A stretch of 64,000 nt of DNA, taken from positions 992,001-1,056,000 of the forward strand of contig JAYWIR010000019.1 of assembly GCA_036172245.1 (NCBI GenBank), read 5' to 3'. Under the pieces are notes generated by a model that was given only the letters and a program-made list of their open reading frames with translations, was not told where the DNA came from and searched no databases. The stretch is from Raillietiella orientalis. Lineage: Eukaryota. This document shows positions 44,311-55,330 of the stretch, one piece after another; the first letter of the stretch is position 1, and every line of letters starts with the position of its first letter. The position numbers and the translations under genes were made by a program.

Positions 44311-46066
44311 CACCCCACCCCCGAGGGACGACCGGCTCTCCAGAACTCCCTGAGAACCAAAAAAAAAGGAACAATGCCGGAGGGAAAGCAGAAGAACCTG
44401 GAATGTTTTCCGCCATCCTTCCGACGAGGGGGAACCCTCCGATTCCCTGCGAAGATCCGGCGGGGATCTCGACCCAGTCGCCCACTCGCTGTTCCCTTCC
44501 TCGCTCGCGGCGCCTGCCCTCGGACGCTCCTCCCTCTGGGTCTCTCCCCCTCAGGAGGGTTCAGGGTGGGCTGCGCCGAGCGACCTCGGGCGCCTTCGCT
44601 GCAGGACCGGAGGAAATCAACCACCTTCCAACAGGGGGCGCCGAAGGGTAGCGCGAGGGGCGTCCGCACTCTGAGGTGGACAGTCGACCGCCTTCCCTCC
44701 CCCTCCTTCCAGGTGGCTCCAGATCCCCGCCCCGAACCTGGCAACGCCGGGTCGCCTGTTCCGAGAAACGGCGGGGGAGGCGCTGTGCCCGTAGTGGCGC
44801 GTAGGTCCGGAGGGATGGGGTGAAGGGGGATGCGTGTGCAAGGGAAGGAGGATTTGCCTGGAGCGGGGGCTGCAACCCTTGGCCGTCGGGTTTCGCTCCC
44901 GATCCCGCCGGTTGGGGTAGGGAAGGCAGTGACCCCTTCCCGTCCGCCTTCGCGCGGTGGTCCCTCATCCGCCTCCGCCTCTAGCGCCAGGAGAAAGGCG
45001 GCGGCGGTTGCCGACCTCGGCACCATCCCCTCGCGCGCGACCCTGCAAGAGGACCGTCGGCCACGGGTGCCGGGAGAGACAGGCGGATGGCTCTCCGCCT
45101 CCTCGTCGGGGAAGGCGCGTGAGCCGCACTATCTTCGGCAGAGCCTCGGACAGATGCGGGCGACGGGAGGTCCAGCCCCATCTCTCGCCTGCGTCCCCGA
45201 AGACCTGAGATGCCCAGGCGCGCTCCGGGTACTCCGGAGCAACGCGAGGAGCAACGCGAGGGCGGTGGCCGGCGGGCGCTTCGATGGGAAGCCAGCGTTC
45301 CCTCCCTGAGGACCGCGCGATTCCCGGGCAGGGTCTTCAGGGTCGGAGGCTTCCTCCTTCGTGTGACCGGCCCCTCCACATGACTCTGCGATGGGGGTCG
45401 CTGGGGCGGCACAGGGGACTTCCGGATGAGGGTCGGAGAGAAGCATCAGGCCCTCTTCATCCCTTCGTTGCGGGGCTCCCTCCTGCAGGCCACGTGTGTC
45501 ATCTCCCTCCTCTCAGAGGCGGGGTAGTGTCAGGGACACTGCACGAAGTCCTCCAGAGAGAAGGAGCGGGGAAGGGGAGCGCAGGGATGAAAGAGAACCG
45601 CCTGAAGTCTCTGCTCCCCTGACTGCCGTTCACATCCTCATCCTCCATCCCCCCAGCGCCGCAGCCAGTCTTTCCGTACCGGATCTTGAAGGACTCCTCA
45701 GGGGTGTCCGGATGGCCACGTCTTGTCCAGGAAGAGTTCCCGGGAAGAGGAGCGGCGATGCTGAGGCGTGCCGTGGCGGGCCGACTGGATGACGTCACTG
45801 CCGTGCGTTTCGGCACCCTTCGTGGTTGCCGCCGCCGCGGACCGTAGGCACGCCTCAAGGGTACCGCTCGAAGGTGCCCGAAGGGCTCTTTCAAGTCTCG
45901 CCTCGGAACGCTCTCCCCGCCCTCCCGTCCTGGTGGCTCCCTCCGCTGACGGTGCGCGCCGTCTCAGCTCGGTTGCGGCCTCCCACCGCTAGAGGCGCTG
46001 CGAGCGGCGACCACCGCTTTCGCCGCGGGAGCCACGCACTCCACCCCATTGATTCCTTCGTTGTTT

Positions 46067-46295
46067 CACGCGCGCTACAATGAAGGAATCAACGTGTGAT
46101 CCTTGTCCGAAAGGACCGGGTAACCCGCTGAACCTCCTTCGTGCTAGGGATTGGGGCTTGCAATTGTTCCCCATAAACGAGGAATTCCCAGTAAGCGCGA
46201 GTCATAAGCTCTCGTTGATTACGTCCCTGCCTTTTGTACACACCGCCTGTCGCTACTACCGATTGAATGATTTAGTGAGGCCTTCGGACCGGTGC
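46067..46295 (+). rRNA. 18S rRNA: 18S rRNA 3'-region fragment (pseudogene, about 230 bp)
   Basis: cacgcgcgctaca..gaggaattcccagtaagcgcgagtcataagct..gattacgtccctgccttttgtacacaccgcctgtcgctactaccgattgaatgatttagtgagg. Universally conserved positions are mutated (CCCTTTG>CCTTTTG, CGCCCGT>CGCCTGT), and no flanking rDNA is recognisable. Confidence 0.95.
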
Positions 46296-47419
46296 CTGCG
46301 CCGGCCCCGAGGTCATCCTCGCAGGCACGGGCAGACTGCGCCGGAGATCCATCGGAGAACAGCACCCGCCGTGATGGCGTCGGCTCCTCCCTGAACGCTG
46401 CCATGGCTACCTGCGCACCCCGGCCCGCTCCACCCTGCGGCAGAGGTCACCTGTCGTCTTCTACCCCCCCTCCCCCTGGTCTCAGCACCGACACCCCAGC
46501 CTTCGAAGGGGAGGCAACCTCCCGGCGATCCCCCGTTCGGCCCGCGCGCGCGAACGCATGGGCCCCGGCCGCCCTCTGCCCAGCATCCGCAGGGGTTTCT
46601 CTGCAGGAGGAGCTACGGCGGGACCCCGGGAAGCGGGGAGGCGTATCCCCCTAGACCTGCCCATGGGAGGCGGTGATGGCAGCATCTGGATCAGGGCCAG
46701 CGCGTGGATCCCCGGATCATCCGAGTCCAGCGGTGGCACAGTGCGTGGGGTTTCCCCCTACTGCGCCCGGTCGCGCTGGGATTCGGGAAGAGCGTCGGGC
46801 GGAGGACCAACGACCTGCCCTTCGTCGCCGTCGCCAAGGAGCCGGTCTCCCAGCCATCCTCCAGTCGCAGCACGGAATCGAGTCGAACCAGTCTGTCTCC
46901 CGAACTGCGTCGTCCTTGGGAGCAGCCGGGACGCACGGGAAGCCCCGAGCACGAGCAGAGACCCCTAGGCGAAACCTTCCGAGGGATCCCCATGACGGGG
47001 TAGCTCTTCCGCGCACGGGAACCGGGAGTTGCCGCAGTGGCCAGCTCCCGGCACCGACGCTGGCCATGCCGGACGGGAGGGAATGCGCCTCCCTGACCTG
47101 CGCCGGGCTGCAGGAGCGACGGACTCGTCCCCACCCACCCCTCTCCTCCCTCTCGTCGGACTGCCGGCTTTTCCGTCAGGGCTTTCGACCTCCGGACAGC
47201 TGGAGGCGCGCCGCGCTGCGTCCGAGGGGCAGAACGCGGCCCGAGCCCTCATGCCCTCACCCTCTGCAACGGGCTGGTCGCCAGGTGGCCTTCTGTTAGA
47301 AATCAGGAGCGACGTCGCCTGCATCTCAGGTTCGTTAGGCATAGGGAACACGCAGGAAGCGCCTCATGGCCGTCTGCCACAGTCAGGGCTGTCTCTCTCA
47401 TGTTCGCCCGGTGTTTTCT

Positions 47420-48675
47420 CACATATACGTTCTTATTTCACGATTTGTTTAGATTAGATTGTATAGATTCATTCATGTATGCGTATATTTATATGCTCTA
47501 TTGTTGCGTTTATCCACCTCTATATGTGTATTTTCTTATTTATTTAATTACCTCTCTATATTATATATTTATGCTATATATTATATATATATATTCCTGT
47601 ACTTATCCATATGTTTATCTACTTTCTATTGTTTATTCATTTATTTACTCATATATATTTATTTACTACATATTTATATATTTTTAAACCTATGTATATG
47701 TATATATATATATATATAATCCCATTGCTATTTCCGTTCTGGTCCTTGCTACCGGCTTGTAAGCAGGCGTACCTTGCGTTGCATCCGGAAGGCTGTCCTT
47801 TTATGTATGTTTATTCAGTTTTAAATTATTATTTAGTTTTTCCTGCTTTGAAACCATTATTTAGTCTTTGTTTTCAACCATCGTTAAGTTTTCAATTTTT
47901 TTCTTTTTGTTTATTTATTTATTATTTTTTAATATTATACAGTTTTACTTTTAAGCGATTATTCGGTTTCAAATAATTATCTAGTTTTTTTTGTTTTGAA
48001 CTATTATTTATTTATTTATTTAAGAAAAATTAGTATATAGCTTCCATTTTAGACGATTTTTAAGTGTTGGATTGTTTAGTTTTTTAATAAAAAATAGTAT
48101 ATAGTTAAGGTTTTAAACTATGATTTAGTTTTTTATTATCGATTAGCTGTTTTTTTGTTTGAAACTTTATTATTTAGTATTTTTTTCAAGTAGTATGTAG
48201 TTTTGTTTTTACACTAATATTTAGTTTTAAGCAATTATTTAGTTTTTTTTGTTTGAAACGATTATTTCGTTTTCGTTTTCAAGTGTATAGTTTTGGTCTG
48301 AAACGACTATTCAGTTTTTGATTATTGTTTAGCTGTTTTTTTTGTTTTAATCTTTATTTGTTTATTTATTTATTTTAAAGAAAACTAGCATGTTGTTTTC
48401 GTTTTTAACAATTCTTCAGTATTAAATAATTCAGTTCCTTTTTTTTTTGTTTGCTCTGAACTATTATAGTATAGCAGTCTCGGTTTTAAAGTATTCTTCA
48501 GTTTGAAGTGGCTGTTTAGATTTTGTTTTAAAACAATAGTTAATTTTTTTTTGGAAACAAACTAGTGTATAGTTTTGTTCCTAAACGCTTTTTCAGTTTT
48601 GAATAATTCAGCTTTAGTTTCAACTATTGTGTAGTCTTTGGTCTTCAGTTGCAAATTATTATTTAGTTTCAATTA
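47420..48675. repeat. AT-rich low-complexity block with (TA)n and a degenerate tandem repeat
   Basis: The motif tatagttt..tttgaaac.attatttagtttt recurs roughly every 60/120 nt. The block has sharp boundaries with GC-rich flanks. Confidence 0.7.
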
Positions 48676-48862
48676 CACGTCCCGGCATGACTAGGTTAGA
48701 CACCAACCGGTACTGAAGATGGGTGGACCTCAAGAGTAGGGAGCCTCACCCAACCGGAGCTTTTTCAGCTCTTTCACCCTCTCTTCTGGAGGACGAGAGG
48801 TTCCGGAGAGCAGGAAGTCATGGAGATGCGCGCAGGAGAGTTTTTTGGGGCAGCGGTTCGTC

Positions 48863-48916
48863 TGGAGCCGCGTGGGCACGGATCTTGGCCGTGGTAGCAA
48901 GTTCTTCGGTGAGACC
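48863..48916 (+). pseudogene. Possible diverged 28S rRNA fragment
   Basis: tggagccgcgtgggcacggatcttggccgtggtagcaa resembles the conserved LSU sequence TGGAGCCGCC..GGTGCAGATCTTGGTGGTAGTAGCAAA, with several mismatches. Confidence 0.45.
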
Positions 48917-50559
48917 AGGAGAATGGCCCCATGCAGGGAGCAGCTCTTAAGAGTGGTCCAGTACCAAGTCCGATCCCAAGAGGAAACGACTCCTGATCAT
49001 CAAGAGGACGAATCGTCTTGGGTGGCAGCAGGAAGCAGACCCTTCCGGTAACGGAAGGACAGGCAGACCACGTGGGGCATTGAGAGTGGGGTTGGCAGAG
49101 GAGGAACGAAGGGAGAGATGCGAAGGAGGGAGTCACTAAGCGACGACGATCAACAGTCCGTCAGGGGAGACCGGGGATGGAGGAAGTCATGGCAGGTCCC
49201 CGACATCCTGAAGGAAAAGTGGATGGCAAGTAAATGCTGGGACATTAGGGAAGGGCTTCTTTGCTAGCAAGGGCCGCGCCCACTCGTTGGAGGCAGCTCA
49301 ACTCCCCTGTGGTCCTTTCTCTCTGGGCCGGATGTTCCGTGTCTGTATGCCCCGCTCTGCCGCCACTCAGCAAAGTGCGCCACCTGCGGTTTCCGAGAGG
49401 AGGAGAGGCGGCCCGCCAGGAGGCTTCTCGGAGAGACGCCGGCCGCTGCGGGTTCTTCGCCGAGATCTTTCTCCTTGGAAACCTCCTCGCAGCTCAGCGA
49501 GCGGGACCGTCGCTTCTAGTGCCGTATCTGCCAGTGCTAATCCTTTCAGCATCTGGGAGACTTCCGACGCCGAGGGGAGCAGCAACGGTGGTCATGAAGA
49601 CGGCGCCGGAGATGGCGGATGTCGCCTCAGCAGCTGACGAGCTGCGACGGAGAAACAATTCTCTTTTTGGCAGCTTCCTGTTCGGGTGCAGCTACCTCGG
49701 GGAAGCGCTGGGGATGATGCGACGGTCCGGAGGCACCACGTCCACTGCCCATGCGTTCCCTCCCCCCCTCCCTCCCCCAAGTTAAGCACGTCGGTTGCGC
49801 TAGCAACGCTTCCGAGAGTTCCGGGAAGAAGGTCGCTGATCCCCACGCCCATGCACGTGGAAAGCCAACCGCTAAGGGCGCGCGCATCGTTCCGTCGTCT
49901 TGCCCGGCTGTTTTCGGAGGATCTTCTCACATCTTTTGTTTTGTTTCGTTTTTTCCTGCTTTGTTTCTTTGGCTGTGAGCCTCCTGGCATTCTCTGATCC
50001 TTCGTGTGCGATCCCATTGTCTCTTGCGTTTTCTCTGCGAGCACTGCTAACTGGCGAGACTCATTCTTCCCCAGATTTCAGAAGTTCTCCTGGCTTCCGG
50101 GAGATGGTGCGTGTGGCGGCCATGCCCCCAGGGACTTTCTCGCTCTCAGCGAGAGAACAAAAAAATTTTCCCTCGCGCGTTGCTGCCGTCGGGAAAACAA
50201 CTTGGTCGCAGCCCGTAACAGGAAGGCATTGACGCTGGCAGGAAGGACAGCAACCCTTGTCCCGACCACCACCCTCCCTTTCCTCACCACAACGCACCCT
50301 TTTGGGGACGCGGGATGATTGTGACTGCGCCCGGCAGAGGGAGAAAACTCTGCGGCGATCGGTGCAAGCGAGTCGCCTGCGTCTACGCCATCGCCTGGTC
50401 CGAGGTCGGAACGACGCGGCAGAGACTTGCGTGGCACCTGTCGGTGCTGGATGTGCTTCCTACCTGCGCACCTGAGCGTGCGCGCGCGTTCCCTTCCCCA
50501 ACCAAGAGTGACGGCGGGGGTCAACCCGCGGCTCCATCTCCCGAGAAGTGAGTGAACCT

Positions 50560-51311
50560 ATGTTGGCTTTCCCCCTGCTCGCGTCCCTGGCGCTGGCTGT
50601 CGCCCACGGTGAGTCTGTTGGCGCTGTCCCTGGCACGTGCAGTCGTGGCTCGCAATCAAATCCTCACTTTACCTACCCTCTTCGTCTTTTTGCTGGGAGG
50701 GAGCACGAGACTGGGGCTTGGCCGCGCGCACCTTTCCTTTTTTTGTTCTGTCCTCTGCACACGCGTGCAGAGGGTCCGGAAGGAGTGGGGACTGGAATTC
50801 GGTCCGGTGCGCGCGCCTGCGAGAAACCCAACCTTCGCGCAACCCCGGACCTCATCCAAAGGCGCTACGTCTTGCTCCCAGGTCTCATCCAGAGGTGCTA
50901 CGTGTGCAAGTCCAGAGGCGATCTCGGCGACTGCAAGGACCCTTTCTCTCCGAACAGCAGCGCCACCGGCGTCCAGGAGGTTCCGTGCGCTTCCGGGTGG
51001 TGCGCCAAGATCACCGAGGCCGGCTTCGAGACAAACGGTGATCTCTTGTTGCCCTCCTCCTCCTCAGCCAACTCCCGGCCTTCCGACCACGCCCCCCTCT
51101 CTACCTTCCAGATTTCGACAAGCCGACGGAGCGCCTGTGCCTGCAGCGGCCGCCGAAGGATGAGGAGGAGCGCTGCGCTCCTACGAAGGCCGACCGGCGC
51201 AAGGTCTTCATGTGTTTCTGTCACGGAGACCTGTGCAACGCCGGACCGAGGCGTGCATCGCCAGGAGCGCTGTTGCTGCCTCTGCTGCTAATCTCCCGGT
51301 TCTTCCTCTGA
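50560..51311 (+). CDS. rtv: Ly6/uPAR three-finger GPI-anchored protein, retroactive orthologue (quiver family; chitin/cuticle organisation)
   Basis: Exons 50560-50608 (signal peptide MLAFPLLASLALAVAH), 50882-51037 (GLIQRCYVCKSRGDLGDCKDPF..VPCASGWCAKI) and 51112-51311 (TERLCLQRPPKDEEERC..KVFMCFCHGDLCN plus hydrophobic tail). Ten Cys. AATAAA near 51424. Confidence 0.9.
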
Positions 51312-51759
51312 TGAACTCCGTCCTATCAGGATGACGTAGGCGGTCCTCCCCCTGAGGTCTTCGCTCCAAGCGAAAGAAAGGGAGAGAGAGGAAGAGGGGG
51401 GGGGGAATAATAACAACAACAATAATAAAAGACAAGAAAGGAAAGATGGCCGACGTTGACGGGAGAAAGTGAAAGTAAAGCAGCCAGTGGGATTCGCGCC
51501 GCGAGCGGGGAGAGAATGGGGCCACGGAGATCTCTGGACCGTTGCGACTCTGCCCTTTCGTGTTCTCGGGATACCGCCAGGGGCACTTGGGCTCAGGAGG
51601 GCGCTAGTGGCGGGAGTCTCTCCCGCTTCTACTTCCACGAGTGTGTGAAAGGGAGAAGGCGGCTGCTCGCTTCCGTCCACTTTGCTGCGAGGAACACCTG
51701 CGCGAGGAGGACCCAGGGCATCTGGGGCACGTCCGCCTCCGAACCCCCCTTGCACCCGT

Positions 51760-52100
51760 GGGCAGCGCCTGCGGCTCTGTGGGTCGGCCGCGGAGTCCAG
51801 GAAGGAGCGCCCTACTTCGCGGACGAGGGGGCCGCTACCCCCCATGAGAGGGTGTGCCTCCCGGTCGTCGAGAAGAGACCCTCCGGGAGCGCCGCGACCT
51901 CCCTCCCGCCCCTCTTCCATCCGAGGCCGGCGCGGTGGCTTCGGAGCAGCGGTGCGGGCCTGGTCGCCGGCTCTCTGCGTGCACCTCGCGCGCTCCACGG
52001 TCGGGTTGCGACGTGACCTGCAGCACAACGACGCGGTCAACCGCATCACCCCTCCCCTCATCGACCCCTCCGCAGCTCCCCAGCCGTCGCTCCGCCTGCA
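51760..52100 (+). mobile_element. Possible RLE-type (R2/NeSL-like) retrotransposon C-terminal remnant
   Basis: Degenerate ..CLPVVEKR.., LHGRV.. and HNDAVNRI resemble the LP..R and RHN.V.RI motifs around the zinc knuckle. Weak. Confidence 0.3.
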
Positions 52101-52326
52101 GACAGCCTCGCCTCCCCGGAGAGCGACGCGAAAATCCGAGTGGGCCTCTAGGCTCCCGACATGGAAGGCAGGAGAGTTCGGCGCGCGTCCCGGACGCCTG
52201 ACGGAGCGCCGCCATGTTGGACTCCTCGCCACCTCTACAGGGAGTGCTGGGAGGGAGCACGAGGGAGAACGGGCTAAAATTGCTCCCTCTTTTGGGAGCA
52301 AATTTGGTATATGTACCGCCGTGTAC

Positions 52327-52350
52327 CACATATACTAAAATTGGAACGAT
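52327..52350 (+). ncRNA. U6: U6 snRNA fragment (24 nt, non-functional)
   Basis: cacatatactaaaattggaacgat is identical to the conserved U6 5' region. It stops just before the ACAGAGA box, and the rest of U6 is absent. Confidence 0.8.
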
Positions 52351-52580
52351 GTATGGAGTGCCGTCCGCCCTCGCCTTGTCCCCTCTTCCGCGCCCGCGGG
52401 GGTCGCGCGACCAGCCTTGCGACCTCCTCCAGGAGTGTCGGCTATCCCTCCCCCCTCGCTTCTTCCCGGGACCCTTTCCCTGGATACGCATTTGATGGGG
52501 CGGCCTCTCCTTTACTGATCTCATCTTCCGAGAAGAGGGACGGGCGGGAGGACGAGGCTGGAAGAGTGGGGAGGAGGTCG

Positions 52581-53192
52581 TCAGTAGTAACCGAAGATGT
52601 GCCCGACGTTCTCGTCCCGGAAGAAGTGGAAGCCCTTGCGGATGCTGCCCAGCAGGGGGGAAGGCAGCCCGTGCTGCATCCGGAACCTGCGGTACGAGAT
52701 GAGGATCCTTCCGTGGGGAATCTCCCCGAAGTAGGGTCCTCGGTGGAGCAGGTAGGAGGTGCCAAGGACGCCGCCGCCGCCGCTTCCAACCCTGCCGCCG
52801 CCACGGCCACCGCGGCTGCGGCCGCCGTGCACGAAAGGTGCCGTTCCTCCGTCGTAACCTGGTCGACGCCGGGAGGCACGGTCTCGTCACCGGGGGAGAG
52901 GAGGGGCAAGGAGTGTCCCACCCCTTACCACCACCACCACCACCCTTTTTTTTTTAATCTCCTCCTCTTCCTCACCCCGAACTGAGGAGGGAAAGGCGTA
53001 AACACGAACCTTTGTTGTGGTTGCCAGGCAGCCTGCCGTAGGTGTCGCTGTGGTAGGGGTACGGCCGCGGGCGGTGACCCCTCGGGTACCGGTTGGGAGA
53101 GGGCCTGTAAAACCTCACATCGAATGCGTGGCTCCCGGTGGGAACGTTGTCGTGGGAGGCGGCAGCACACAGCCCCGTGGCTGCGGAGCATC
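52581..53192 (-). CDS. Last two exons of an unrecognised Gly/Arg/Tyr/His-rich protein (possibly secreted or cuticular); first exon not located
   Basis: Exons 53192-53010 (acceptor ttccag, donor gttcgt, phase 1-1) and 52858-52581 (acceptor gaccag). Third codon positions are strongly C/G. Translation: ..RFYRPSPNRYPRGHRPRPYPYHSDTYGRLPGNHNKGYDGG..GPYFGEIPHGRILISYRRFRMQHGLPSPLLGSIRKGFHFFRDENVGHIFGYY*. Confidence 0.55.
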
Positions 53193-55059
53193 CTGGAATT
53201 CCCATAAGATGGATCTGATCGGTGTGGGTTTAGAAGAGTTCAGGTGCAAGGATGGTGGGTAAAGGTGCGGGGTGGAAGCGCGGGGGATGGGTGGGATGGG
53301 GGCAAAGCGTGTGGCTGTTGTCTGAACGCGCGCAAGAGGGCCTCATGCCTCTTCGCTTCGGCACTCGCTCCGGAGAGGGCAGAGCTGGTCGCCTTCCCCG
53401 CCCGTAAGGGAAAAAAGGGAGGTAGGCACGTGATTTGCCTCCCCACACTGGAGCAAAAGAGGGCTCCCTCCTAGAAACAGGAGCGGCGGAAGACGAGGAG
53501 GGATGTGCCCCGTTACTTGACCGCGAGCGCAGGCCTACTGCGGCTTCGCTTCGGCGCTCGGACGGGAGAGGGCAGTGCTGTCCCTTTACTATGCTCGGTT
53601 GGCGTGGTTCTTCTCTCTGAAGTGAGAAGCAGGGGGAAAAAGGTATGTGATGATACCCCCCCCCCCTCTCGGCTTGCTGCTGTTGCCCCTGCAAGAGGCT
53701 GCCTCCCAGGAGGCAGGAACGATGGAGAAGGGGGGGCACAAGATCACCACCATGGGTCGAGAGAACGGACCGGCGGGAGAGGGTAGTCTTGAGGGAAATC
53801 TCACTCCCCCACAACTCCTCCTCGTCATGCTGATTCCGGGGACAGAAGTGAAGAGGCAGCAGGGAGGGAGGGGAAGGTGAACGCTCAGTTTTCCAAGGCG
53901 ACAGTCGGTTGGCACGGTCATCGGAAGCGGGACGGTAGTCAGGCAACGTAGCTTCTCGATCCTTTCCCGGAACGTCCAGACGGACGACTGCAGAAGGTCC
54001 GGTTCTTCGGGCCCGGATCGCCGTTGTCTTTGCGCCGGGACGAGTGAGTGTGGTGAGGGAGGAGGAGGAAGGTAAAGTCACTCGGTCAGCGGCCCCAGGG
54101 AAGGTTAGCAACTCTCCGGGAGAGGACAGAAAGAAGGGGAGGGGCCAGGAACGAGAGGGGCATGGGCATGGGCAGCAGCAGCGGGCGCCCTGGTACAATT
54201 ATGCTACAGCCTCTGGAAGCGCTGGACCATCGCTGCCTCCTCAGCAGATCTCCTGATAGAGGGCGCTGTACTCACGCGTGCTGTTCTCGGCCTCGGTGGT
54301 GAAGCACATCGCCAGCATCCCCCAGAGAAGAGCGATCCTCGTCGTGCCCATCTGGAAAGCACAAAGAAAAACGGACGTTTAAGAGTTTGCTGCTGTTCTT
54401 CGTTCCCCGCCGACGCCAGAGCCGCGGCCCGTCGTTCTTCGGGACGACAGGGGCGACCGCATCGATACCCAGCGACGGGAAGAGATTGCAACTCTCACGG
54501 GGAGGACGGTCAGGCTAAGAAAGGTCCCTTCCCCGAGGGAATCCATCAATCCTCTCTCCGGGGGGCAGGGCAAGGAGGGAATCGCGCACCTGCTCGAATG
54601 TGCGGGCGCGCCTTCTGCCGTCTCAATTGGGCGCCTGTCCGGAAGATGTGAGCGCCGGTCGCTACCCTTCTCCCCGTTCGCAGGACAAGATACGTGACCC
54701 CCACGGCTTGCTGCTGCCGCCGAGGCTGTTCTTTGAAAGCGAAAATGCAGGAAGGTAGGTGGGTGGGTACGGAGGGAGGAGAGATCGAAGGTCACCACGG
54801 GCACCACCTCCCTTCCCTTTGTACCCAGTAAAGGGAGGAGGGGCAGTTCTCGGCCCTGTTTCTGAGAGCCCGAGGAGGGCGATGAGGAGGTAGCTCCCCA
54901 GGCGTCCCCTGTCCCTGGGGCGAGGAAGTGACTCAGCCACTCCGTCCCTTCTCCCCACGAGTGGCTGCAGTGAGCGCCCCCCCCCCCCTCCTTCACGTAC
55001 CACATGACCTCGGAGTTCCACCTCTCGAACTCGTGAGGGGTTCGCTCATTCCTAGCGAA

Positions 55060-55330
55060 AGTTCCATGCGTGGGTGGACTCACTCCCACTCGGAACGATT
55101 CTCACGTGTTCACACAGGGAGATCTCTCCGCGTGGACATCAACTCCTACCATCCACGGTAGCGGTCGTCCCCTCGCAGGGATTCGCCCGTGGTGGCGCGT
55201 GCCTCGCTGCTGTCGACCCGACTAGAGAACGCACTGGTCCGGAGGCGGAGGAGGCGTCCTGGCGACGGGATCGCAGCGGTAGCCGGATCGAGGGCAACAC
55301 ACCACAGCCGGCGCTGGGCACGTGCGCGCG
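55060..55330 (+). mobile_element. Possible R2-like retrotransposon remnant
   Basis: Frameshifted HAWV.., SLRVDINS.., CLAA.. and GSRIEGN resemble the R2 motifs ..WV..RIN.LP..CRAGC..G.RI.RH. Weak. Confidence 0.3.

Noticed and set aside
46067..46295. Functional rDNA unit
   Set aside because: Only about 230 bp, with substitutions at invariant positions and no recognisable ITS or 5.8S.
49634..49660. Hammerhead-like core CTGACGA..GAAA
   Set aside because: Stem II does not close properly and no stem I/III partners were found.
50360..50450. Penelope GIY-YIG-like VYAI....GTT..RL peptide
   Set aside because: Too short and degenerate to support a call.
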